50,488 nucleotides of DNA from a virus (lineage: Duplodnaviria > Caudoviricetes). The notes below the pieces were generated by a model. That model was not told the DNA's origin, did no database searches, and saw nothing but the letters and a program-made list of their open reading frames with translations. A program made the position numbers and the translations under genes. The first letter of the stretch is position 1; the number at the start of each line of letters is the position of its first letter. Below are positions 8,639 through 17,430 of the stretch, piece after piece. Where the stretch lies: IMG/VR virus record IMGVR_UViG_3300005326_000058, positions 1 through 50,488 of that record. The stretch is one strand, 5' to 3'.

Positions 8639-9049
8639 TTATGAGCTTAAATTAAGTATCTCATTGCTCTTATACACTGCATGGACTATCTGCCATGGAC
8701 TTTGAGGTTCTGGTTGAACTGTTTCCATTTTGGAAACTGTTGGTTCTGGTTCAACATAGGATGTTAACCATGCTCTGGGATTGTATGTTTTATCCTTCCC
8801 TGAGAAACTGTAATCGGCCCCGCATCTATGGCAGCTTATTTCATCATTGCGTTTTAAACCACGCTCTAAACAGTTATAGTGGTCACATAAAGGGCAGTAT
8901 GAAATAAATGAATAGTGTGTGTAATATCCTTCATTAATGCCTGTAGTATATCCTGAGCCACTTATAACCTCATAATCAACTGCATTAACTCCATGGACGG
9001 TTAAAAGTCCTATGCATAAGACAATCCAGAATAAAAGTAATCTCTTAAT
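8639..9049 (-). CDS. Secreted or membrane-anchored protein with CxxC motifs, probable ATT start (136 aa)
   Basis: Hand translation (I/M)KRLLLFWIVLCIGLLTVHGVNA...YCPLC...ISCHRCGADY...GKDK. In-frame TAG lies just upstream; GGAGAGTGA RBS precedes ATT. Absent from the ORF track. Confidence 0.7.
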   Translation of the reverse strand: MKRLLLFWIVLCIGLLTVHGVNAVDYEVISGSGYTTGINEGYYTHYSFISYCPLCDHYNCLERGLKRNDEISCHRCGADYSFSGKDKTYNPRAWLTSYVEPEPTVSKMETVQPEPQSPWQIVHAVYKSNEILNLSS

Positions 9050-9532
9050 TCCATCACTCTCCTAATGGTTTTAGGTTTTCTAGTTTTTGCATTGCAATAA
9101 ACTAGTAGCCACGGCCACTTTGGAGTATTTAAGGCCCTTTAAAAGGCCGTTAGTGTCATTGTCATCACCCTTTAAAATGATTTAAATCAATAGAATTAAC
9201 ATGATATGTGATTTGTATTTCATCACTTCCGCAGCTTATACAGAACCTATGAGGTCCGTCACCGGTGGAGGTGTTCTTCTTCCAGCATTTTCTGCATAGG
9301 ATAGTAGTATTAACCATTTTCAAACCACTGTTTATTAGGAAGGTGTGGGGCCTTAACCCGGCCCAGAGGTGGTGTTTTAATATGGCTTACAAAGCAAGTA
9401 TGTGATGAAAATTAAGGAGGTAGGCAGATCTTTATCGACTGTACCAACATTTGCTAAGGACCTGCCAGAATGGGTTTGAAGAAAGGGCAGCTGATATAGA
9501 AAAGCGGGTTTTATAATTCCCTCTCTTGAATG

Positions 9533-10444
9533 TCAATGCTTAACTCTGACTTTATTTTTATAATACTTCCAGTAACTAGGATTCATAGGGTCATTGTCAG
9601 AGTAGTCTTTAGGGTTCTGTTCTTCAAAAATCATCCCAGTTTCAGCTTCATACTTTTTATAAGCTTTATCATGGGCTTCTTTGATTACATTACGTTTTTT
9701 TGGAGTCCTTTTCCTAGATTTTCTTTGGGTGAAATCAACTGGTGGAAAATCTTGAACAGTTGCAGCAACCTTTTTAATAGGAGTTAAGTCATAAAGAGTA
9801 AACCCTGGATGAATAATTGGAGCTTTAAGAACCAGCCCACACCTTGGATTGGAACAAATCAAGAGGGCTCTTTCAACTAAGCTTTGGTTATTCCCACATT
9901 CAGGGCATTTTAAAGAGTTTTCTTTCAAATATGAAGTACTAATATGGTACAGGTCATCGGCTGTAACATATTGGTGTGAAGGGGATGACCCCGTGTCGGG
10001 GTCTTTTTGTCTTCCCTTACTATACCCTGTATGAAAAGTCTCTTTTTTCTCAGATTGTAGGTTTAACCATTCACTATAAAATGAAAGGTTATATGTTAAT
10101 TTGGTTTCATATATTATTGTATGGGTAAATCCTAGGTATGTTATTGTTTCTAATTTGTAAATAAACCCAATGCTACACCCATTTATTGTTATAGTTGGTA
10201 TTAACTTTCTTTGTTTGATTGTGCCTAATGGTTTTAGATTCTCCCTTTTCTTATTTTTTAAATAATTTTTTCTCCTTGAAGCCCGGTTACTTTCCAGAAT
10301 AGAATGGTGCCTACACTTAGCAGAACAATATTGTTTATTTGGTTGGGTGGTGAAGAATAGTTTAATGCAGCTTCTTTTAGACCCTCTACAATTTTTCAAA
10401 TATACTTTTGTTTGCTTTGGGTTGGATTGAACATGAGCAGTCAT
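9533..10444 (-). CDS. Zinc-finger protein with a TFIIB/TFB-like zinc ribbon; candidate transcription regulator
   Basis: N-terminal C..C/YCS..C finger; CPECGNNQSLVERALLICSNPRCGLVL resembles the TFB N-terminal ribbon. Confidence 0.55.
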   Translation of the reverse strand: MTAHVQSNPKQTKVYLKNCRGSKRSCIKLFFTTQPNKQYCSAKCRHHSILESNRASRRKNYLKNKKRENLKPLGTIKQRKLIPTITINGCSIGFIYKLETITYLGFTHTIIYETKLTYNLSFYSEWLNLQSEKKETFHTGYSKGRQKDPDTGSSPSHQYVTADDLYHISTSYLKENSLKCPECGNNQSLVERALLICSNPRCGLVLKAPIIHPGFTLYDLTPIKKVAATVQDFPPVDFTQRKSRKRTPKKRNVIKEAHDKAYKKYEAETGMIFEEQNPKDYSDNDPMNPSYWKYYKNKVRVKH

Positions 10445-11400
10445 TGGATCCCTCCATTACTTCCCATAGTCTCTCCGAACCATTGAATAATATAATTTGA
10501 GAAAAGTTGAACCCATGTTTTACGTTTGTAATTAGTTTTAGGATGGCAGGATTTGCACAAAGTTATTAGGTTAGTTGGTTCATTGTTTTCTTTATTGTAG
10601 TCAATGTGATGTATTACTAAGTCTTGCTTAGCCCCGCATAATTGGCATTGGTTGTTGTCTCGTTTTTTAATCTTGGATTTTAATATCTCATTGAAATCAT
10701 GAGGATAAATCTCATCACTGATTCCTTCGTAATAGTAGGGCCTTTCCTGAAGTATTGCACATTTGTTACTGCAATAAATCATTTCACTTTTTATGAACCT
10801 ATGATTCAATCCCTTTTTACCTAATCGGACTTTATCTTTAACTATTTCATAATTATGAGAGTTTACAACATATTTTCGTTTCTTTTTGATTGGCTTACCG
10901 CACTCCTGACATTTAGTTACAAATTGTAAATCATAGCAATCAAAACAGTAAGGCACGAACTTATTATATTTAAAAATGGTTCCACATTTTTTGCATTTCT
11001 GTGTTCTTAATCCGGAGTCTCTGCAATGAGGATCACAAAAAATATTTTCAGAATCTTCATATTTTTTATGCACCACACGATCTTTTCCACAATATTTACA
11101 TTTCTTTATTATGAAATCCGGATCATTTTTTTTATAACAGTTCCAGGAACAATATTCTTTCTTCCAAGCGTCCTTCTTTCTTAAACTCTTTGTTGGAATA
11201 AACTTAGAATTGCAAGTAAGACACCTATCTTCACTTTTACTAATTTCTATTATCTCCTTGCATTCATCCCTATAATTACGACATGAACTGCAAACCTTTA
11301 CTTTCCTACTCCTCTTTTTTGGATAAATTTCCCCACACCATGAACATATAAAAATGGATCCTATATTTAATGCTAATTCTTGTGCTAAATCCAATCTCAT
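10441..11400 (-). CDS. HNH endonuclease with multiple CxxC zinc-finger repeats
   Basis: C-terminal RDNNQCQLCG...IHHIDY-K-NN...NLITLC.SCH; repeated C..CG / YCS..C motifs; AT-rich. Confidence 0.88.
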   Translation of the reverse strand: MRLDLAQELALNIGSIFICSWCGEIYPKKRSRKVKVCSSCRNYRDECKEIIEISKSEDRCLTCNSKFIPTKSLRKKDAWKKEYCSWNCYKKNDPDFIIKKCKYCGKDRVVHKKYEDSENIFCDPHCRDSGLRTQKCKKCGTIFKYNKFVPYCFDCYDLQFVTKCQECGKPIKKKRKYVVNSHNYEIVKDKVRLGKKGLNHRFIKSEMIYCSNKCAILQERPYYYEGISDEIYPHDFNEILKSKIKKRDNNQCQLCGAKQDLVIHHIDYNKENNEPTNLITLCKSCHPKTNYKRKTWVQLFSNYIIQWFGETMGSNGGIQ

Positions 11401-11997
11401 TATTATAAAATCCCCCTATGAAGATTTTAGTTATGATTATATATTAAATTAACCTAATATATAACATTTTCGGTTCTTTTTGATTTTTAATAATTTATTA
11501 AGTTTGTATTAATGATTCAATCAATTAGAAAAAATATTTTGTTTTTTAAAGATGATAATCGCCTCCGTTGCTCCCCTTAAATAAGTTTAAATCAAATGTA
11601 TTTCAATAAATAAAACCTACCGATCATTTTCTCCTATGGGTTGTAAAAAATTAATCAACCCGGTTTCAATACCCTAACAGTTTAGTTGCAGTGAGCATCC
11701 CTAGATAAAAAATGAATGCTGCAATTCCAATCAATCCTAGAATATCGCCAAAGCTTGGGTTCTTATTTGTTTTTTCAGCCGGCCTTACCCATGGTTTAGG
11801 AGTGCCTAACCAATGCTTCTGTCTAGGGTCCATTATCAACCCTCACTTTCTTTTGAGGCCGTATATTCTTTTTAACCACTGTCTGACCTTCTAAATGTTC
11901 GCATAACCCCTCAATGTCTTCAGGTTCACCCTGGACGGTGACGAACATAAACCCATTGGTTTTATCATTCCTCATTACGTATTCAATCTCCACCCCC

Positions 11998-12873
11998 TTA
12001 CACCTCCACCTTTATATCCAACTGATAAGTGTCATCTCCAGGTATTGCAGTCATCTCAGTACGGCCCTGCAGCTCTATTGGCAGATCACCATGGCCCCTT
12101 AATATTTCATCCTTACCCTGGAACTTTGCTATTACAATGGTCCTTGGTTTCACTATAATTTCACTGGCAGTGTTCTTCAGGAAGCCAACAATGTCACATT
12201 CATTGAATATTGTGTTGCCGTTTGGGTAGTGTGCTGGGAATATCGGATCATCTATTCCATTTACTAGCTCCACCTTTACAGTTCCAGACATATCTTCCAC
12301 CATGCCCTTGTTTTCTGGGAGGTCCTTGTATTCTTCTTTCAGTTGCTTGTATTTCTTTTCCATCGTAGTGTTTCTAGATGTATCAACCTCTCTATTTTCA
12401 GTGGGTTCTTCAACACCAGGTAGTGCATAGGCATTCTTCCGGCCCACCTTTTCAATCTGGATCCGTTCCTCTTCAACCATGGTTGCCAGGGTCTGGTAGA
12501 TGGCATCCTTAGTCACTCCACTGAATTTGTTTGCAATGTCCTGCACACCAGCCCATGGCATTTCTTCCAGGTAGTTTAAAATCCTATTTTCCCTATCTTT
12601 TAATTCATCCGTTTTACCAGTATTCACTTCATCAGCCTCCTTTTTACTCTCATCGTTTTCTATGAGTCTTAAACCATTCTTTGTTAAAGTACAATAATTC
12701 GGATCTATATTATGATCATATTCTACCAGACCAATGTTCACCAGGTAATCTATAACCCTCTTCTTCCTATCCCAATCACCATCTACGAATGATTTACTCT
12801 TGTAAACTGAAACCGGGCATTCATGGTCATCAATTTTCTTTAAGATAATTTTAGTTTCACTTTCTGGAATCGT
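11998..12873 (-). CDS. Winged-helix/HTH protein; the frame extends upstream to an ACG/ATT start
   Basis: HTH-like RILNYLEEMP-GVQDIA...AIYQTL...GRKNAY. The frame is open for 44 codons upstream of the called GTG, up to ACG-ATT after a GGAGG RBS. Confidence 0.6.
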   Translation of the reverse strand, partial: TIPESETKIILKKIDDHECPVSVYKSKSFVDGDWDRKKRVIDYLVNIGLVEYDHNIDPNYCTLTKNGLRLIENDESKKEADEVNTGKTDELKDRENRILNYLEEMPWAGVQDIANKFSGVTKDAIYQTLATMVEEERIQIEKVGRKNAYALPGVEEPTENREVDTSRNTTMEKKYKQLKEEYKDLPENKGMVEDMSGTVKVELVNGIDDPIFPAHYPNGNTIFNECDIVGFLKNTASEIIVKPRTIVIAKFQGKDEILRGHGDLPIELQGRTEMTAIPGDDTYQLDIKVEV

Positions 12874-12874
12874 T

Positions 12875-13186
12875 TTAAAGCCTCCCTTTCCTGTACTCCA
12901 CTATACACAATAAACAATAATTAGCCATATCCAGTAAGGTGTCCTCGATTGATTCATCCTTAACGGCGTTGAAACCCTTCCTGGCGAAACTACAACACCG
13001 GCTGAACTTATCTGAGATTCTGATCATGATTCCCATCCATGGATCCACACCCATGAACTTAGACATCTCGAAATTATTAACATCTCCAGCGTTGTAATCT
13101 TGTCTTTTTGCCTGTCGAATCTTCCACATCTGCTTTAAAAGGTCTTTAAATTCCTCATCGTCGTCTTTTATTTCATACGTTGTCAA
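12875..13186 (-). CDS. DUF1599 / nucleotide-modification-associated domain protein
   Basis: K.QDY...IRISDKFSR...DESIEDTLLDMANY signature. Confidence 0.8.
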   Translation of the reverse strand: MTTYEIKDDDEEFKDLLKQMWKIRQAKRQDYNAGDVNNFEMSKFMGVDPWMGIMIRISDKFSRCCSFARKGFNAVKDESIEDTLLDMANYCLLCIVEYRKGRL

Positions 13187-13197
13187 TTGAGAGCCCC

Positions 13198-13431
13198 CTA
13201 TTTATTCTTTATTTCAACTTTTCCATTTTTGAAAGTTATAGTCCGTTTCAATTCCTTTTCCCAACCATTCTTTGAACGAATGGTTTTCTGATAAAGTGCA
13301 CCACAGATAACACATTTATCAGGCCCTATTATTGTTAGTGAATCTCCATCGCTGACAGTTGTCACTTCACCTTCCTTAAATTCCTGATAATAACCACAAT
13401 TATGGCAGTGCTCATAAACCCTCCCTACCAT
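13198..13431 (-). CDS. Small zinc-ribbon protein
   Basis: CHNC and CVIC pairs; overlaps the upstream gene. Confidence 0.6.
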   Translation of the reverse strand: MVGRVYEHCHNCGYYQEFKEGEVTTVSDGDSLTIIGPDKCVICGALYQKTIRSKNGWEKELKRTITFKNGKVEIKNK

Positions 13432-13685
13432 GTTATCAATCCCAAAACACTAGTGGAAAAATACATTAAAAAAACAAAAGTCATCCAATTATTATGGTCC
13501 TTGTATGCAGAAATAGCGAAAATAGAATTGCATATTAACCATATAGGGAAACAAAGAATGTTTCCAATTGCGTTTAAATAAGCTCCTGCCAGGGCAAAAA
13601 TAGAAGCTAATGTCATTATAATTGTTTGCGTACTCTTAAATCGGGTTAAATTTATTGTATCGCCTCCCAAGTACTGCCATTCCAT
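13425..13685 (-). CDS. Small PnuC-like / SemiSWEET-like three-TM membrane protein
   Basis: GAYLNA...CFPIWLICN pattern with three hydrophobic helices. Confidence 0.55.
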   Translation of the reverse strand: MEWQYLGGDTINLTRFKSTQTIIMTLASIFALAGAYLNAIGNILCFPIWLICNSIFAISAYKDHNNWMTFVFLMYFSTSVLGLITW

Positions 13686-14095
13686 GTTTTATTGTAACAT
13701 TTTTCCATGACAAAGCAAAGCCAGAGAACATTCCAACTCCCAGTTTCAAACATGTTGAAGGCAGAAAAGGTATGTTCAAACTCTACAAACCGATACATAA
13801 ACGCATCCCATTTTTTGAATTGTTTGTAGCAACAATCAAATGACAGTTCTTTTATTTGTTTATAGGTTGCTTGGAGGTCCTCTTGTCGGGGGAGCCAGTA
13901 TATTCTTTCTTCGTTTAATTGCTTTGGTTCCCATTCTTTAGCATCCATATCTAAATAATCACAATGGCAATTTCCTTTTATACCATAAGGATTTCCTTCT
14001 AATTTAAAAAGAACTATTTTATCAGCGGGTTTAGGTTCCCATTCTTCCTGAATCTCTACCGCTTCTTTACACATTTTTATAAATGTTTCATCCAC
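13652..14095 (-). CDS. Conserved phage hypothetical protein
   Basis: FIKMC..A.EIQ...WLPRQEDLQ...LWLCFVM..YNKTWNG..W, a pattern recalled from phage hypotheticals; coupled within the operon. Confidence 0.7.
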   Translation of the reverse strand: MDETFIKMCKEAVEIQEEWEPKPADKIVLFKLEGNPYGIKGNCHCDYLDMDAKEWEPKQLNEERIYWLPRQEDLQATYKQIKELSFDCCYKQFKKWDAFMYRFVEFEHTFSAFNMFETGSWNVLWLCFVMEKCYNKTWNGSTWEAIQ

Positions 14096-14107
14096 CTTAT
14101 CAGCCCC

Positions 14108-14425
14108 TTACTTCGTCCGTCCCCATCCTATTAAATACTTATTCGGCCTTGTATTGTCAGCTAATTGTAATTGTAAGTATAAATTTAGCATTGCGGGTAC
14201 AGGGAATACTTTTTGAAGATTTAATTTAATCTGTTCAAATCCATTTTTAATACACTCAGAAGCCCGTTTAAGAGCGTCACAAAGGGGTTCAAAATTTATC
14301 TTGAGGGTGATAAATGGTTTGTCCCTTAATTGTTTGCTGTATTTCTTTTTATTAGATAATTGCCTTCTTTTAAACCTCATTTTTTGTCTTTGTGCTTTAA
14401 TACTTTTATTTCCAGTTTTTAACAT
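14108..14425 (-). CDS. Basic hypothetical protein
   Basis: ORF within a tightly packed operon. Confidence 0.55.
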   Translation of the reverse strand: MLKTGNKSIKAQRQKMRFKRRQLSNKKKYSKQLRDKPFITLKINFEPLCDALKRASECIKNGFEQIKLNLQKVFPVPAMLNLYLQLQLADNTRPNKYLIGWGRTK

Positions 14426-14429
14426 AACA

Positions 14430-14615
14430 TCATACCTTTATCCTTTCTATTTCAACCAACCTTAACGTCCCAAATCCTTTTTCTTCATCTTCAAGGTAAA
14501 TATGGAACCGTGCTTTGCAGTGGTCACATTCATTCTCAGGCATTGTCTTTAACGTTTCCTTAACTAACTGCAACACCCCAACCCTACATTTAGGACATAA
14601 TATACTTCCAGACAT
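14430..14615 (-). CDS. Small zinc-ribbon protein
   Basis: CPKC and CDHC pairs. Confidence 0.65.
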   Translation of the reverse strand: MSGSILCPKCRVGVLQLVKETLKTMPENECDHCKARFHIYLEDEEKGFGTLRLVEIERIKV

Positions 14616-14617
14616 GT

Positions 14618-15364
14618 TTAAAACACCTCCAAGGTTGATTGTTTATCTGGTTTCATAATCGTGAATCCGGGTAAAGGCTCTTCCGGGGTAGCCATGGCTT
14701 CTATCATTTTAATATATTTAATTTCCCTTTCAGAAACCATCCTACAATGAGGGACACCATTATATTGATTCATACTTTCATTAACCCTCCACGCACTATA
14801 GAAGTCTTGACTTAACGTATTATGCCAAATAACCAAGCCATCAACACCATGCAAAAGGAAGTTTACAACTGTCATCAGTACGCAGGTATGGTCAAGATCT
14901 TCAGCAACCATGAATGATCCAGGGTGTTTGACATGTGCTGATAATAGGCACCGGCCACTTCCAACTGTAGGGTCATTAATCCTAATCCGGCCCTGACATG
15001 TTTTCGGTAAACTAAGGGCAGTGAGTAAGTCTGATATGTCTGGAGGTGTGAAAAACTGACCGGCCTTCTCACGCTGATAAGGAGTGCTCACGCATGGCTC
15101 ATAATATGTACCTGGGAAATCAAACCATGATTTATCAGTGACTAATCTTTCTTCTAAAACCATGATCATCTCCACGTACATATCCCAGAGAATCTTGATT
15201 TCAGATTTAGAATAATTCTTATCCCATTTTGGAAATTCTCCTATGGCATGAGCGAGAATAATGTATTCTAACCAGTCATCGAAGACCCTGGCCAGGTCAT
15301 GCTTATCAGTGAGCTTACCGATCAGTTTATGGAAGTTTTCAAATCCTGTTGGAACATCAACCAT
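14618..15364 (-). CDS. N6-adenine methyltransferase-like (HsdM-type) protein lacking the NPP(Y/F) motif
   Basis: GQFFTP, DPTVGSGRCL and EDLD motifs present; no NPPY/F found. Confidence 0.8.
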   Translation of the reverse strand: MVDVPTGFENFHKLIGKLTDKHDLARVFDDWLEYIILAHAIGEFPKWDKNYSKSEIKILWDMYVEMIMVLEERLVTDKSWFDFPGTYYEPCVSTPYQREKAGQFFTPPDISDLLTALSLPKTCQGRIRINDPTVGSGRCLLSAHVKHPGSFMVAEDLDHTCVLMTVVNFLLHGVDGLVIWHNTLSQDFYSAWRVNESMNQYNGVPHCRMVSEREIKYIKMIEAMATPEEPLPGFTIMKPDKQSTLEVF

Positions 15365-15698
15365 TAAACCCCTCCAAAGGGCACCGTTTAGGAAATCCGT
15401 TTAGCTGTTCCTTAAATTCAGGTTGCTTATCGAAATCAAACATAATATCAGTTCCATCATACCAGGAAGACTGCCAGATGATAAAATTCAAAGAATTGTA
15501 TGCACGGCCCCTGACATTATCTCTTAAACTCTTTTTAGGATCATACCAACACTCCAATTGTGGCCCACCAAAAGAAGTTCCGAAATATTCCTGGAAATTA
15601 TATCCCAGGTAAGATTCCATTATTGGAACTTTGTCTTCTTGACCATGGTCATTAAAGGGGCAATCACAACACCTGGTTATTTTAAAGACTTTATTCAT
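15357..15698 (-). CDS. Cys-containing hypothetical protein
   Basis: CCDCPF...CPL; start reassigned to MNKVFK (GGAGG RBS; TAATG coupling). Confidence 0.6.
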   Translation of the reverse strand: MNKVFKITRCCDCPFNDHGQEDKVPIMESYLGYNFQEYFGTSFGGPQLECWYDPKKSLRDNVRGRAYNSLNFIIWQSSWYDGTDIMFDFDKQPEFKEQLNGFPKRCPLEGFNG

Positions 15699-15856
15699 TA
15701 AAAACCCTCCAGTAAAGGTAAGCAATCGTTTTCCCCTGATTTCCTGAAATGGTAACACTGTCCAATTATGCAACCTTCCCATCTTTCGTGAGGAACTCCA
15801 TGGTTACATGCAGCTGCATTACTGCATTTGTCAGCATGTTCACAGATCACTTTCAT
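15698..15856 (-). CDS. Small Cys/His-rich protein (52 aa)
   Basis: Hand translation MKVICEHADKC...CNHGVPH...C...CYH...C; start and stop coupled to both neighbours. Confidence 0.6.
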   Translation of the reverse strand: MKVICEHADKCSNAAACNHGVPHERWEGCIIGQCYHFRKSGENDCLPLLEGF

Positions 15857-15999
15857 TCACTCCCTCCTTCCTGTCCTATGATATGCTTTTGATACCATTT
15901 GCTGTTCTTTCTCCATTCATCCATGCAGGGCGGGCAGACATTATGCACCTTAGATTCGCTTTCAAAAGGTTCTTTGCAGACAATGCATTTAACTTTCAT
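15853..15999 (-). CDS. Small zinc-finger protein (48 aa)
   Basis: MKVKCIVCKEPF...VCPPC; ATGA coupling. Confidence 0.6.
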   Translation of the reverse strand: MKVKCIVCKEPFESESKVHNVCPPCMDEWRKNSKWYQKHIIGQEGGSE

Positions 16000-16202
16000 T
16001 CAAACACCTCTTCACCTTCGCAAATAAGGTAAACTTCACCATAACCAACCGTATAGGATTCTACAACTCCGTTAAAATTATAAATGGTGCCGTTGCTTAA
16101 CTCTCCTTTTGTTTTAATCGGCATCCCTATTCTTTCCTCTTCATCTATAGAAAAGAAAGCTTCAGCTTGTTCTGGGCTTAACATGATTTTATGTTTCATC
16201 AA
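15996..16202 (-). CDS. Hypothetical protein
   Basis: ORF in the operon with GGAGG RBS. Confidence 0.6.
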   Translation of the reverse strand: MMKHKIMLSPEQAEAFFSIDEEERIGMPIKTKGELSNGTIYNFNGVVESYTVGYGEVYLICEGEEVFE

Positions 16203-16287
16203 TACCCATCCTCCCTGTACTGTTCTAACTCTTCCCTTGCCTTCTTTCTACGAATCATGGCCTTATGATGGAGCCTGTTACCCTCGT

Positions 16288-16602
16288 CTATGCAGTCTTT
16301 GAAGTCTTCTGACATCCGCAACCCTCCAAGGTAGCCTGTGCATTAACTCCCTTAACCTCTGCCAGTTTAAACATAGCAGCCAATACATGTTTACAAGCGA
16401 AACTACCATTAGCCTTCTTATGCCGGTTATTGAAATCAGGGCAGATGCACCTCCAAACCCCTTCTTCAACATCATAATCAACCATATAAGTCTCCTTCTT
16501 TGATTTCACATTGAAAAACATGTAATCAGAATCAGAATAATCTAATTCAACATTCCCTTTCAAATATAATTGGAAACCTTTGGTTATTCTATCTTGTTTC
16601 GT
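16288..16602 (-). CDS. SWIM zinc-finger protein, possible ACG start
   Basis: CxC...CKH motif (WRCICPDF...ACKHVLA); frame extends from the TTG at 16563 to ACG after GGAGGGAGG. Confidence 0.8.
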   Translation of the reverse strand, partial: TKQDRITKGFQLYLKGNVELDYSDSDYMFFNVKSKKETYMVDYDVEEGVWRCICPDFNNRHKKANGSFACKHVLAAMFKLAEVKGVNAQATLEGCGCQKTSKTA

Positions 16603-17428
16603 GTTCCTCCCTCCCTTTTAGAACTGCATTATATGCCTCTTCCTCGGTTTTGAATGATCCAAGGTATATCCTTTTTTTATTAATATTGATATTAGCTTGC
16701 CACTTTTTAGTGGATTTATTATAGCTGACTCCTTTGAATCTGCTTGTATTATTGGGATTGATATATCTGGGAGGCTCATTACCTAATTTCAATTCTTTTT
16801 TTGCTTTGTTGTATGCCTTAGAGGCATCTATCTCTGAATCAAAGCTTCCAAGATAATAATATTTCCCGTTTTTATTAATAGCTGCTTGCCACGATTTATA
16901 TGAATGTCGAACCCCTAAATATTTACTAGATTTTTTTAAATCTCCTCTTTTTAAAAAGGTGCATCCTCTTTTATATCCTTCATTTGCTAATTCAAAATGT
17001 TCAGCAGCTGTTTTTTCATTGCTAAAATATCCAAGTTTATAAGTAACCTTATCTTTTACAATTTGAACACCCCATTTTTGCATATTAACATCCCATGTAA
17101 CCCCTGGGTATTTAGATGATGTTGTATGCTTATTCAGGGCATTTTCTCTTGCAGTTACAATCCTTAAATTAATTCTTCTGTTATCTAATGTGTTTCCATT
17201 TATATGATCTACATGTTTCCCGTTAGGAGCGTTAGTTATTACTCTATGCATTTTAACCTGTTTGCGTTCGGCCCTGGTTGTGTATTCATCTTTTAATTGG
17301 GGTCTAACAACATAAAATCCTTTAACACCAGGACTCCATGCCGCCTGCCATTTCCATTGCATTAAATATTCATAATCTTCATCGTCTACCAACGTTTCTT
17401 GGCTTTGAGTTAATGGGATTTTTTTCAT
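16589..17428 (-). CDS. HNH-AP2 homing endonuclease with three AP2 domains
   Basis: MHRVI...VDHINGNTLDNRR.NLR followed by three SKY.GV...W.A.I....Y.LG.F..E.A repeats. Confidence 0.92.
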   Translation of the reverse strand: MKKIPLTQSQETLVDDEDYEYLMQWKWQAAWSPGVKGFYVVRPQLKDEYTTRAERKQVKMHRVITNAPNGKHVDHINGNTLDNRRINLRIVTARENALNKHTTSSKYPGVTWDVNMQKWGVQIVKDKVTYKLGYFSNEKTAAEHFELANEGYKRGCTFLKRGDLKKSSKYLGVRHSYKSWQAAINKNGKYYYLGSFDSEIDASKAYNKAKKELKLGNEPPRYINPNNTSRFKGVSYNKSTKKWQANININKKRIYLGSFKTEEEAYNAVLKGREEHETR

Positions 17429-17430
17429 TC

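Noticed and set aside
16589-17428. Intron- or intein-encoded endonuclease
   Set aside because: The flanking ORFs look complete and unrelated, so it appears free-standing.
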